64,000 nt of DNA from Octopus vulgaris. Taxonomy: Eukaryota. Below are positions 12,000 through 26,143 of the stretch, piece by piece. Made by a program: the position numbers and the translations under genes. The notes beneath the pieces are model-generated. The model ran no database searches. It was not told where the DNA came from and saw only the letters and a list, made by a program, of their open reading frames with translations. Each line of letters begins with the position of its first letter. The stretch's first letter is position 1. Location: assembly GCA_951406725.2 (NCBI GenBank), contig OX597816.1, positions 143,964,001-144,028,000 on the forward strand, written 5' to 3'.

Positions 12000-13445
12000 T
12001 TGGTCTGTTCTTCTGAGTTCAGTTCTTTTAATAGGAAAAGTTACCTACGATGGACCAGTGCCATACCCAAGGTGAGGTTTATTATGTTTTTCATATGCAT
12101 TACAACGGGAGCTAGAGATGAAAAGTGAACAAGTATGGCTTGTTAACGTGCAGAATGCTTCGTTAATTGTTTAAGGTACTTATTTAAATACCATCTCGAT
12201 TCTCCCACTTTTTGACATTATCGACGATGACTATCTCCAGTTATATCGCTTTCCTCCTCGAGTTTCTGTCCTGAGTTGCTGTGATTTAACCTCATGTTTC
12301 ATTTAACCGCATTTGCCCTAACTCCTCGTAACAATAGCCAGCTGTGAGGAGGGGTATTTATTGGTAACTTCGTTTACTCCATCCAATGTCTCTTCTATGT
12401 TACAAAGCTTAGCTCTCTCTAGGAAGAGGCATTCTTGACATTGTCTCTCTAGGATGAGGCATTCTTGACCTTGACTCACCTGTCTAATTTTTGAATCTCT
12501 CTCTTTGTTTAAGTCGAGAAGACCTACCCCACAACAGTAGTTCTACCTGAAACTCAATGTAGATTCATAAGAAAAAGCAGCTTAAATATGATATTTTGCT
12601 TCCGTTAGATCTAAGAGATATGTGAAACTGTAAAAGATACGATGTGTACGTTTGGTCGGGACTGTGACAGGTTCCCAAAAGGTTTGAAACTCCGGCGAAC
12701 TTTCACAAGTATCATCGACTCATCAAAAGTAAACACCATATCAACAAAATCCTGTTTCTTGATTAGGGTAAATGTTCATATCTTCGATCCGTACACGAGG
12801 ACAGATAATTCAATTGTTTGATATTCTTGCCATTCATTCAGATCATAACATGTTTATTGTACCATAGTCACTCTCTCACGTTTCCGAACGTTGGGCTGGC
12901 TTTCTCATCCTGCGATCACTTTACCTATCTGAGGCAATCAATCACTAATGATTGATTGCACTTTGATGATAAACTTAGGTTGTGTTACTGAACTCGTGTC
13001 GTTATGACTTGGATGATAAATTCATTTTTTCTAGAGATTAGTAGTTAAGCTGAACTTTGTACCTACATAGATAAAACATTCACCAAGCTCAGCATGTCCT
13101 CGGTAGTGTTATCACTCGTGGTAATACACATATTTGTAGATTATAACATGCTTCCAGCGCATGTATGATGACAGCTACATGTCATATAGAATGTTGTAGA
13201 TATGGTGTTTATTTTTGATGAGTCAGTGGTACTTGTGAAACTTCGCTGGAATTTCAAACCTTTTGGAGACCTGTCACAGTCCAGACCAAGAGTACACATC
13301 GCTTCTTTTTCAGTTCCACTTATCTCCTAAATCTGATGGAGGCAGAACACCATATTCAAGTTGCTTTTTCTCCTTCTGAATCTACACTGAGTTTTAGGTA
13401 GAACTACTGTTGCGGGGGTCTTCTTTGGCTTTAACAAAGGGAGAA
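12000..13445. mobile_element. Highly decayed RTE-like LINE remnants, including a ~250-bp diverged inverted pair (12497-12752 / 13190-13445)
   Basis: Inverted similarity is directly visible. The RTE assignment rests on faint minus-strand motifs such as IGKVIA near 12910-12930. Confidence 0.4.
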
Positions 13446-14065
13446 CCGACTCGACTGTTTCCGCTGTCATTCATATTACTCCATATATTAAAGCCTAAAT
13501 GCCTTAGACACACGATGTTTGAATATATCAAGACAGCATGGTCACTGCTTTTACCAGTGTTGACCTAATGTTAAATAACAACAGCAACAACATGGAGTTT
13601 ATTTCCATATTGTAAACTAAGAACACAATTTCTGGTTTTAAATGTGCATCGATAACTGCCAGTGTCAAACGTGTAAAAAGTTAATTGACTTGACCTTGAA
13701 ATAAATACATATCGTAAAGCTGTGGAGAGTCGATAATTTTCTTCTAACTTGAATACATTTTACAGGTTATTGTTGTTGTTAAGCCCCGATTAACTAGGAC
13801 ACAGCAGACTTATATCAAAAGTGGTCCAGCCATGACCATTAAGTGCTCTATGTTTGAATGATCATATGTCGAGCGACCTCTTAAAGCAGTGTTTCCCAAG
13901 AGCGTTCTCTGGAACACTAGGGTTTATGAGAAGTCGCTAGGGATTTCACAAGAAATAGAAATCGATAGGCTACTGATAAGTAAAGGCGTTTTTTGTTTCG
14001 TTTTTGTATTTAATTTTATATCTGCAATTTTATTATGGTATATTCCTCAAAGTAGGAAAATATTT

Positions 14066-14397
14066 GTTTCAAATTTTGGCACAAAGCGAGGAATTTTGGG
14101 GAAGGATGCTAGACGATTACATCGCCCCCACTGTTCAACTGGCACTTAATTTATCGACCCCCAAAAGGATGAAAGGCAAAGTCGACTTCGGCGGAATTTG
14201 AACCCATAACGTGCAAAAGTAGGAAAATATTCTTTTCTGCTCTAGGCACAAGGCCCGAAATGTTTGGGGAGGAGGTCAGTCGATTAGATCGACCCCAGTA
14301 CGCAACTGGTACTTCATTTATCGACCCCTGAAAGGATGAAAGGCAAAGTCGACCTCGGAGGAATTTGAACCCAGAACATGCAAGGTAGGAAAATATT
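14066..14397 (-). mobile_element. Two tandem 5'-truncated SINE family A copies
   Basis: Each has the TTTATCGACCCC..AAAGGATGAAAGGCAAAGTCGAC..GGAATTTGAAC core; period 166-167 bp. Confidence 0.85.
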
Positions 14398-14804
14398 GGC
14401 ATCAGTTGGTGGTAAGTGGAGCCTACAGGAAAAGCGACTTCTTGATACGCAATGATAAAAATAAGGACTTGGTTAAAATGTAATTTCCTAAACGTTCTTT
14501 GCGACCGTTTGTCAAATCTTTTAAAGTCAGTTTTATTATTTGTTTAATCTTATGAAATTTAATTTTATGAAATATAAAAGAAAAATTGATATATCGTTTT
14601 TTTTTCTATTTTTTATCTTTTTACTTGTTTCAGTCATGCTTGGGCACCGCCTTGAAGGGTTTTAGTCGAACAAATCAACCCCAGGACTTTTTAAAAGCTT
14701 GGTACTTATTATATAGGCGCTTTTTTGCCGAACCGCTAGGTTATGGGGACTAAACACGCCGACATCGGTTATCAAGCGGTGGTGGGAGACAAACACAGAC
14801 ACAA

Positions 14805-14867
<63 letters not shown>

Positions 14868-14868
<1 letters not shown>

Positions 14869-16585
14869 TCTGTGGGTCCGCAGAGATACCCCCAACGCGT
14901 TCGATGTGCTAATGGGAAGTATAGACAGCGCCCAGATTTAGTCGGAATCTATATTCTCTATGAATTGGCCGACCAATTCCCGGACATCTGTGGAGGTCTA
15001 TATCGAGACGATTGTCTACTTTACCTCCAGAATGCTCCGAACAATAGAATACAGAAGATTAAGAACAGATTAGCTAGATTTTTTTAGCAGAATGGGCTTG
15101 AGCATAGTTTTTGACGACGAATTAACTAAAGCCAACTTCTTAGATGTTACCCTAAATCTGCAGAATAATTCATACTTCCCTTATCACAAGCCTTCTACTA
15201 ATCTTAAATATATCAGCATTTTCAGTAACCACGCCAAAACTATTACCGATAATTTAGTTTAAAATATTTCCTTAAGACTGTCAAAATTATCTGCTAATGT
15301 CGACATCTTTAACCAGAAAGCAGAATTTTATAACGCCGCCTTGTCAAAAGCCGGTTATAGAGATAAAGTATCATATAACGACCCGGCCCATTCTAAACCT
15401 ATATATACTTCTCAGGATAAGAAAACTAATAACAATAGAAATAGTGAGAATAATGATTTCAGCTCTAACAACGTCGGCACCACTATACTTAAGAAAAATA
15501 ATTTACTGACCAGGGGAGGCAATCGGCAACCAACCCCAATTTTCCAGCACATAAATATTCCCTTTAATGTAACTGGTAACACTTTGACCAATTCTAAGTC
15601 CACTAAAAACTATATCTGGTTTGTCATACCTTTCGGAAAACAAATCAAGTCAAACCTTCCTTTGCAGTTCCGTGAAGCCGTAGCTAAGAACTTTCTCAGG
15701 AATTCTAGGTATTACTCTACTATCAATTCGCATAAGGTAAGGATTGCATTCTCCAACACTAGAAATATATCGCAAATTATTGCCTCCCATAATAACAAGC
15801 TGCTAAACAAGGATTCTTCACCCGGGAGTTACAACACTATTCTTGCCAATTCCAACCGAACATACAATAATAATAATAGAAATAGTATTGATAATAGCAA
15901 CATTCATAACAGCGTTAGCATTTACAGTGGTAATATTACTAATAATATTAGTCGGATTATTAACAGTAGTAGTGTTAGTGGTAACAACGACAGCATTTCT
16001 AATAACAGTGGTAGTATTGATGATAACAACGGCAGCATTTCTATAGTCAGGGATATTACAGGCGATAGTACAATTAATAATAATAACAATAATAGAAATA
16101 GTATAGTGGTCAGTGCTACCAGTTATATTAACAGCAATCATAACAATAAAAACTCCGTCTTAGTCTCGGAGGTAAACCCTAACAGATTAAAGTTCTTGTC
16201 CAGTAATTCCAAAATTAGAAATTCCATTTACCAGTGTAGGGCTTCTTCCGGTACCGGTGTCTTCTTCTATGTTGAGACGACTACTTCTAAATTATCCCAG
16301 AGGATTTCCAATCATTATTCAACTTTCCGAGATAAGAGGAAACAGCAAAGTACAGGACTAAGTAAATTAGTTTGGCGTCTTAAGGACAGCATTATAACTT
16401 TCAAGCTGGAATGGTCCATATTGTCTGTATCCTTTCCTTTTGATAAGGGCAGAAAATATTGTGCCGTCTGTAATTCCGAGCTTTTCTATATACTTTTCGC
16501 CAAATTCCCTTTAGTAAACACAATGGTAGAAAAATCCTATAGATGCATGCACTGGCAGAAACACACCTTCCACTCATATGAATGA
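14868..16585 (+). pseudogene. PLE RT/GIY-YIG polyprotein, disrupted; the 414-aa ORF 15341-16585 is its C-terminal part
   Basis: Stops at ~15085 and ~15260 plus frameshifts; motifs as above. Confidence 0.85.
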
Positions 16586-17164
16586 TGATTAATATAGATA
16601 ACCTCCTTGAATTTAATAATTTGGTTCCACATCTACAACAACACCATAGACAAAATTTTTTATACTCCGTTACTTGAAGGCCTACTACCAAATTCGTTGG
16701 GGTATGTTCTACCTTTGTCTCTCTACCTCTCCCCCTCTCTCTCTCCCTCTCTCTATCATAAGCACAATCAAACACACAGACACAAATCTGTCACTTCACC
16801 ACTAGAGGTATTTGGCATTTATCCCCCCCACACACACACAAACAATCACGCACACACACACATACACACACATAGACACGAATGCAGTTATATACATACA
16901 CACACATAGGCACTCAATCTCATTGGCAGAAGCAAACAACAACGTATCACCATACATACGACTTGCACTCTGTCACCCTGCTATTCTTAGATCTTTCCCC
17001 TTCCAACCATTATTGAACTCTTGAACTTTTTAGAATCTTATCCATCCAACCAATTTTGACGTCACTGCTTATAACGGAATATTTTAAAGAAACACTCATT
17101 ATCACTATGGACTCCGTGTGGACAGTCATCTAAAAGTTTTTGTTCGTCATGATGCTGACATAAG

Positions 17165-17263
17165 TTCCTTGTCTTTCCTGATGAGAAGACGGCATAATGC
17201 ACCCTTTATTCCTTCGGAATTAGGAATATGCAGTCTTCGAAACATATGTCGAGAATAAAGGAA
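17165..17263 (+). ncRNA. Type I hammerhead ribozyme in the PLE 3' region
   Basis: Stem I TTCCTT.TTTC / GAGA.AAGGAA; CTGATGA 17178-17184; stem II GAAGAC/GTCTTC extended by GCATA/TATGC; GAAA 17239-17242; palindromic stem III ACATATGT; predicted cleavage after GTC at 17250. Confidence 0.85.
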
Positions 17264-17466
17264 TTTTGTTAAATCGCCGTTCGACTCCATTCTTTCATTT
17301 ATCTATAGTAAAAAAACACACAAATTTCCACACGAAAGCACGTGATTTCTGCCCTTGGCATGTAGCTTAAACCGTACTTTCTGACGTAAATTTGCTACCC
17401 GGGTATCGGTTAACCGAATTTTCCATACTAGGATAATTCATTCAACTACTTAAACATATATATATA

Positions 17467-17552
17467 TATACATGCACACACATGCATGCACACACATGCA
17501 TGCACACACATGCATGCACACACATGCATGCACACACATGCATGCACACACA
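17467..17552. repeat. 14-bp minisatellite (CACACATGCATGCA)n
   Basis: About 5 copies directly visible. Confidence 0.9.
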
Positions 17553-18129
17553 CACAAACATATGACGGGCTTCTTTCAGTTTCCGTCTACCAAATCCTCT
17601 CATAAATCTTTGGTCGGTCCGATGCTATAGTAGAAGACATTTGCACATGGTGTCGCACAGTGGGCCTGAACTCGAGACCATGTAGTTGGGAAGCAAGCTT
17701 AGCATACAGTCACGCTAATTTTTATAGTGGGGTTTTTCTGAGACATGGACTGTATTTTAAGTTTTCACCAAAGCTAGAAAACGATTGTTTCTGCTTTTCT
17801 AGCGCCATAAAAAGTTAGTTATGCAGAAGTTCTTTGTTTCATATCCACTGATGGAACTCAAGATTTGAATTTTCTTTTTATTCATCTGGAATGTCCAGAT
17901 TCAATAAAATCAAGATGGCATTCTGATTTTTCCCTAGGGGGAATTTCAACCGTGTTTCGTGGTCTGCTACCACAACAGCTCCTTTATAGGATCCAGTTAG
18001 CTCAAGACATCATCAGGAGGAACCACGTCCGCTTTCGGTCCCTACTTCTCTACCGTTTTGACGTGCATGTCTTCTTTCTTCTGTTCCCTGGCCTCTTCGA
18101 TGTAGCATCAACGAGTGTCCGCAGGCGAT

Positions 18130-18233
18130 TGACTGTCTTGTCAAATTTTTTCCTTTAAATACCTGCTGCTAGGCTCCAGCAGGCAGCCCCAGCAAGTTGT
18201 CACGTGACACTATCTCAACTTTAACTGACCAAT
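18130..18233 (-). promoter_or_regulatory. Candidate Pol II core promoter (CCAAT, E-box palindrome, TATA-like, Inr-like)
   Basis: CCAAT 18229-18233; TGTCACGTGACA 18198-18209; minus-strand TATTTAAA 18154-18161 with ACAGTC starting ~25 nt downstream. Confidence 0.3.
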
Positions 18234-19708
18234 GAAGACGCGTAGTCTCAGCCCACGCATTCTCTAAACGATACCGTCATCTGTCAATCTGTCAATTTTC
18301 AAGAAAGCATTTTGTTGTTGAATGGGGAAAAATTTCCCGCCAGTTGAAATATTTTATAATACATAATAGTCTGTTAAAACTTCTATGTGTAAGTTATTTA
18401 TCGCTCTTCATGAATGCTTAGATTTCTCACTATTGTTGCTTCTCCTTATCCTTTCATTGACATACATCTGCTTTTAAGGTGATTACTAATAGTTATTGTT
18501 TCATGTTTTAACTACACTTTCTATTTCTTTTTATTATTTTCTCTTTTAGTTGTATCTACAATTACGAGTGTGTGTACATTTGTGAATACGTGTATATTCA
18601 GTTGGTTAGTTTTGATGTTGTTAATACATTTTTCAAGTTATTTTGTTGCGCTAATTATCTCACAGTCCGATTTGTCTTTCTGTAAACGCCTGTCTCTGTG
18701 TTTCCTATGCATTTGTTCAGCTAACAATTTCTGTGCGTTTATTTGCATGTGTGCAATATATATGTTTGTACGTTGGTGTACGTTTCTCTGTGTATTTATG
18801 CATATTTCCCTTTTCAGACACCAGCAACAGCTGTTAACAATATTCTCTGTTGAATAAAAGTCACAGATCTAATCAGAACAAAACCTGACAAACATGGACA
18901 ACAGATACTCAATTTAGTACACTTTTATTATCTTCTATTTGTTTTAGAAAATTTTAAAAAAATCTGGCTTCCATTCAATTCAATTCCTTTGTGGTATGAA
19001 TAAGCGCAAATTTTTTTTAAAAACAATAGCAGTATTAGAGTAAATGTGCAAAATATTAGACGCAATCAACAGTAACACTACAACTACTACCAAGACTATC
19101 AGTTGCGAGTTTTGTTTCTGATTCTATAAATAGCTAGAAATAAACTGCATGGTAAACAGACGAGACATCGTGATTTGAAGCAACCGCATATAAACACATA
19201 TAGATGAACTTATGTGTGTGTATGCGGTTTCCAATTTTGTCACAGGGTCAGCAAGTTTGTGAAAGGGAGTACTCATCTGGTACTTACCTATTTTATGGAT
19301 CCCGAAAGAATTAAAGCAAAGCTAACTTCGGTGGAATTTGAACTCAGAACGTAAAGATAGACAAAATGCCGCTAAGAATGTTTTTCTTTCTTTTCCTTCT
19401 TTCTTTTGTTTATATTGTATGCTCTTGTTTGTCACTCTGATGAAGATCCGTTGACTTAATTCGAATGCCCTATGAAGATGAAGAACTTTATTTACACATT
19501 TATTTATAGACATTTGTTTATAGGCAACCCTAGCAGTAACGACCGTAAGATATGTTAAGCCATCTATTTTGTTGCCATGCTTTGTATTAAAAAATGAGCT
19601 ATTAATGTGGTCCAATCGATGTGTTGGTTAATCTGTGTTTTTTTTTCATTTTCTTATTATTTGCATTTAAATCTATCTACCTACGTACCTACGTACCTAC
19701 TATCTACG

Positions 19709-19763
<55 letters not shown>

Positions 19764-19766
19764 ATA

Positions 19767-19827
<61 letters not shown>

Positions 19828-19907
19828 AAACTAATACACCAGCTTATTGTTTATACACCTGTCTTCTGTAAGTTTCAACTATATATGTATATATATATAT
19901 ATATATA

Positions 19908-21400
<1,493 letters not shown>

Positions 21401-21781
21401 CGTGTTTCACTTGCTTGCAACGGTTTGGAGTAGACGGAAACATCGTGACCACCTTGCAAATCTTAAGAGGCACCAACATGAACCTGTTTCAAATGATTTT
21501 TATTTGTGGTGATTGTAGGTTCGTCACGTGCTGAAAAATAGGGCTCACTTCCCACAGAAGAAAGCATAAACCGACTCAAGGTCACCAGTCAGGACTATAA
21601 AACGTCTCTTACATACTAAGCGATGTTCAGCTCAAGATACCTTATTGCAAAACCCTCATCTGTCGTTTACATGTCGTTTACGACAGGTGAATCCGCCATA
21701 CATACATACATACATACATACATACATACATACATACATACATACATACATACATACATACACACATACATACATACATAG

Positions 21782-22003
21782 GAGCACACCGTTGGTTACG
21801 ACGACGAGGGTCCCAGCTGATACGATCAACGGAACAGCGTGCTCGTGAAATTAATGTGCAAGTGACTGAGCAATCCACAGACACGTGTACACCTAACGTA
21901 GTTCTCAGGGAGATTCAGCGTGATACAGAGTGTGACAAGGCTGGCCCTTTGAAATACAGATACTACTCATTTTTTGCCAGTTGAGTGGACTCATTTTTGC
22001 CAG
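21782..22003 (-). mobile_element. SINE family C, 5'-truncated
   Basis: Matches the 3' two-thirds of the copy at 43578-43901. Confidence 0.85.
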
Positions 22004-22997
22004 CGTGTGTATGTATGTCATTAAAGTTTTTTTCTAGCAGTGACATTTGAGATACTATTTCTATTGTAGAAGGTTACAAAGTATCTCTAGTTGGATAGTC
22101 TTATGATCATACTAAGACTACTTTTTTCAATGTGTCCTTCAAGTCTGAAGGCTAAAGGATGTGATATGAAGCCAATTTGGTTACTGTTTATAAACATATC
22201 TATCATCTGTATAGAGGCTTCTTTTGTGACGGCCATACCTTTCTCAAAGACTAATGAAGTTAAAAATCATCTGCGAGGAATTCAAAGTTGTATGTGGAGT
22301 ATTTGGATGAGTTGCTTAATCTCCCTGCTTTAATACACTCTTCAAGTAACCGTTTTTAGCGATATCAATCGGAAATTCAATTTGGCTCTAAACTGGAATT
22401 ATAGAGTTTACATATTGTTTCACATTTGTAGGGACTGAGATGTTTATAATTTAGTAAAGTATTTCTTTCCATCGAGCAAGGTTAAGATTTTCCCAGGTTT
22501 CAAAACCATAAGCTACGTGTGTGATCTTATACCTATACTTTGAAATTATTTCGGAAAATTTCTGTCTAGTACATCTCTCAAAGATATCCAGAAAATTAGT
22601 AGTTGGTCGAGATTTCAATCTCCTTATGTCATTTTTCAACGGTATAAACCAGCAGAAGAAAAAAATGAAAATACAAACAAAAAATAGAAAATAAAAGAAA
22701 CACAAGAGAAAAATATATTCACTAGCCCAGAAAGGAGAGTAGGAAAGGAAGACTGTTATTTCTCATTGTTTTTTTTTTGTTTTTTTTTCTCTTTTTTACG
22801 GTCATCTCGAGAAAAAATAACAAACAAACAAATAAGCAGAAAAAACGACATATTAAGGACTGAATAACCAAATTAATAGACTATATGGGAAGTGACACTC
22901 TACTCTGAGAGGCAGAGATCAGAGAAAGTGGAGACCGGAAGTATTGGCTCCCAGATTCACTTCCTGCAAAGATTTTACGAATAAATAAATGAATGAA

Positions 22998-23032
<35 letters not shown>

Positions 23033-23243
23033 ATACATGACCTGTACTAATAACGCGTTCCTCGAATATTCTCATTCACTTTTACGTGTTCTATCTTTAG
23101 ATTTAATAATAATTTTGTTTTGCTTCTTCGTTACTTTTTCCATATTTTAATATTCATTATATTTATTTGAGTAATAGATTACATAGTCTTTTTGTAGTTA
23201 GACGTGTTGTTTGTCGTTTGTTTTAGTGATAGATATGCGTGTG

Positions 23244-23321
<78 letters not shown>

Positions 23322-23561
23322 CAATTATGCGGATAATCAAATAAGACACATCAAATATATTAAACATATTAAATACAACAAATGTAAAAATATTTAATAT
23401 GTAAACATGTATATATGCAAAACGAGAGAAAACAAAAGGTAGAAACGATTACCTGTAAAGACATCGGAGTCTAAGTTTGTCTCTTTTGTGTACTACTTAA
23501 TGTCTTCTATATGGAGAATTACTGGATCTCATCTGTGACCTATATATATATATATATATAT

Positions 23562-23940
23562 AGTTGGAATTTACAAAAAAAAAGCAAAGGATGAAGACAG
23601 GTGTGTAAACAAGAAACAGGTGTATTTGTTTAACACTCGGGAAGGTGACAAAGTCTTTTACGTTTCGAGCCTACGCTCTTCAACAAAAAGGAACACGAGA
23701 CAACAAACAGAGAGAGAATAAAAAAAGCTTTAGTGGTTAGCGGTCATCATGGCGATGGCTGGACAGAGGTGGTCAGACAGGAGAGCTAGGAAGAAGGGGA
23801 GATAATAAAGTAATGGCAACCCCAAAACGAAGGAGCGCGTGCGTGTGCATATGAGAGCGTGTATGTGCATGTGGATTGTGGTTGGTGACCTTGACGTGTA
23901 GGGGTGTGCATGTGTAGGTGTGTGGATGATGGTGTGGGTG
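23562..23940 (-). mobile_element. PLE 3' terminal fragment (family also at 49130-49320, 49668-50640 and 19828-19880)
   Basis: Shared end TATAGTTG(G/A)AATTTAC adjoining TA repeats; HHR-like GAGC-GTAG-GCTC-GAAACGTA on the minus strand. Confidence 0.7.
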
Positions 23941-24665
23941 CTATATATAATTTTTTTTTTATTTCATTTAATTTAATTCTAATTTCCTTTCTCGTTTTAT
24001 AGTTTTACTTTTAATATTTACTTTTAATAATATATTTTATAATATTGAACTTGTTTCATATATGTTGATCTAAGCTTCTACATTTCCGTGTACATTGTTC
24101 GAGGACGTTGTTTATGAGGTATATTGTTTCACTTGTCTATATTAGGCTTGTTTCTAGTGTGTTATGATTGTGATGTGATGTAGATTGAGATACAAACTCT
24201 CTAGTAGTCTATGTTCATTCTATTGTCTGAATGTCCGTTTTGGAATAAGTTTTTTGATTTTATACGTACTATTTTGTAACTATGAGTTAATATTATTTGT
24301 TTAGCTTGAAGTTGTTACCAGTAGTAGTAACCTGATGGATCCCCACGAAATGTTTACATTTTTAACGCTGTTGACACCTCCAGTACTGTGTCGATTGAAT
24401 GACACTATCCATGTGTCGAAACCATAGTGATATCCATTTGGCAGCTGCTGATGGGAATACACATTTGTTATACTGGTATGTGAGTTTCTTATATATTAGT
24501 CTTGTTATTCTGGGTTGTCCTTCATTCTTGTAAAGTTGGAAAGTAGTTGTGGATTCATAGTTTGTGAAGATCACTTATTGGTTGGTTTTTCTTCATAGGT
24601 AATCTAATTAGGTTTAGATAACGCTCAGATATTGGTGTCTAATTTTGAGAGGTTTTGTGGTACAC

Positions 24666-24731
<66 letters not shown>

Positions 24732-26112
24732 GTGCGTGTGCGTGTATGTGTATCGAAGGATGGATAGGTAAATAGATAGAGAGATGGATGGATGGTTTGA
24801 TAAATTATTTTCGTTCTTTTATAATCCCAGGTCAGCTTTGATAGTGAAAACTTTAATAAAGTCGTTCAAGCCGTCACGATTACATCATATATATATCAGC
24901 AACCGCATCGTTATTTGAAGGTTATTTAAGAGAGATGTCACTATTTCTAGCAGAATGAGTAGCTTTATAGGGGTTCTTTTATCAGCTAGTTTGGTAATGG
25001 CTAGTGAGTAACATAGATAGAAGGAGCGGATTGACACTAAGACACCAAATACATAGCTAGGAGAAACGAGTGCGAAATAAGGACAGAAGAAATGCCGATC
25101 GCAAAAGTTTTTTTTCTTTTTTCTTTTTTTTTTTCAAAAACATAAGCGTAAGAAATTGACGTTGAGAAGAAAAAAATGGATGCTGAAAGCGAGTGAAATA
25201 GAGAAAAACACTCAGAAAGACAACTGTAGAGCAAAATAAGAAAATAACAATATAAAAAATTGCGAGACAGACAGACAGACAGGCAGACAGACAAGCAGGC
25301 AAGCAGGAAGACAAAGGTGGAGGGAGAGAGAATGGTGGGAAGAGTAGTCGATGATTCAATGATACTGAGTCCACTTATAGTCAACTAAACGCAGGCGTGG
25401 TTGAAACAATTCTCACAAAACCAATTTTATAGTAGGAATTGGACATAGTATTTTAAACAAAAAGACGAGTAAATCTCAATAGCATAAACACATGAACGTT
25501 TCACGTTCCCGCTTTTCCTCACTATAAATCTTGGACGACACGTGTCTACTGTCTACGTTATTCCAGCATCAATTGAAAGCCGGTACATACGCGTGCATAC
25601 ACAAATCTACTCGCACCACGATCCACCTCACTCTCTTTCTCCCACTTGTTCTTTGTCTCTCTTTCTCATCTCGATATCAAACTACAGAGAACTAGCTAAC
25701 TGCATATATCTTCCTTCTCTGTCTTCACGCCAACGCTATTGACTAGATGGCACATTAAACATCTCGTTAGATACTTAATGCCTATTATGCAGTATCCCCC
25801 AAAATCGGAATATGTAATATATTTGAGCCTCAATTCTAGTTTATAATATACTAGTTCTCTGTAGACTATCAATAAGTTACAACAGGTATATCTCGCAAAG
25901 AAAGTAGTGAAAAGCTTCGATAACAGCAAAAGTTACTTCGTTGCAATATTTCACTGTTGTTAACTTTATTTTGTCACTCAAAACTATCGGTTGTGTGCAG
26001 ACCTGCGCATGTGGGAAACGAGTCGAACTGGTTTATATGTTGAGAATATGTATGCATGTATGCATGTAAGTATGTATGCATTTGTGTGTGTGTGTGTGTG
26101 TATATATATACA

Positions 26113-26143
<31 letters not shown>

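Larger units (their letters stand above)
14868..17455 (+). mobile_element. 5'-truncated Penelope-like retroelement (RT, GIY-YIG, HHR-bearing 3' region); Naiad-like by motif resemblance
   Basis: DLVGIYIL..GGLYRDD (15001-15012), NFLDVTLNL..YFPYHKP, YIWFVIPF, SIYQC..FYVETT..RISNH, STGLSKLVWRLK, CAVC..RCMH. Bounded by (TA)n on both sides. Confidence 0.9.
14620..17715 (-). mobile_element. SINE family B split by a Penelope-like insertion in its internal (TA)n
   Basis: 3' half at 14620-14807 and 5' half at ~17560-17715 are both colinear with the copy at 1-371. Confidence 0.85.

Noticed and set aside
12414-12473. 30-bp tandem duplication
   Set aside because: Two copies only; ordinary slippage.
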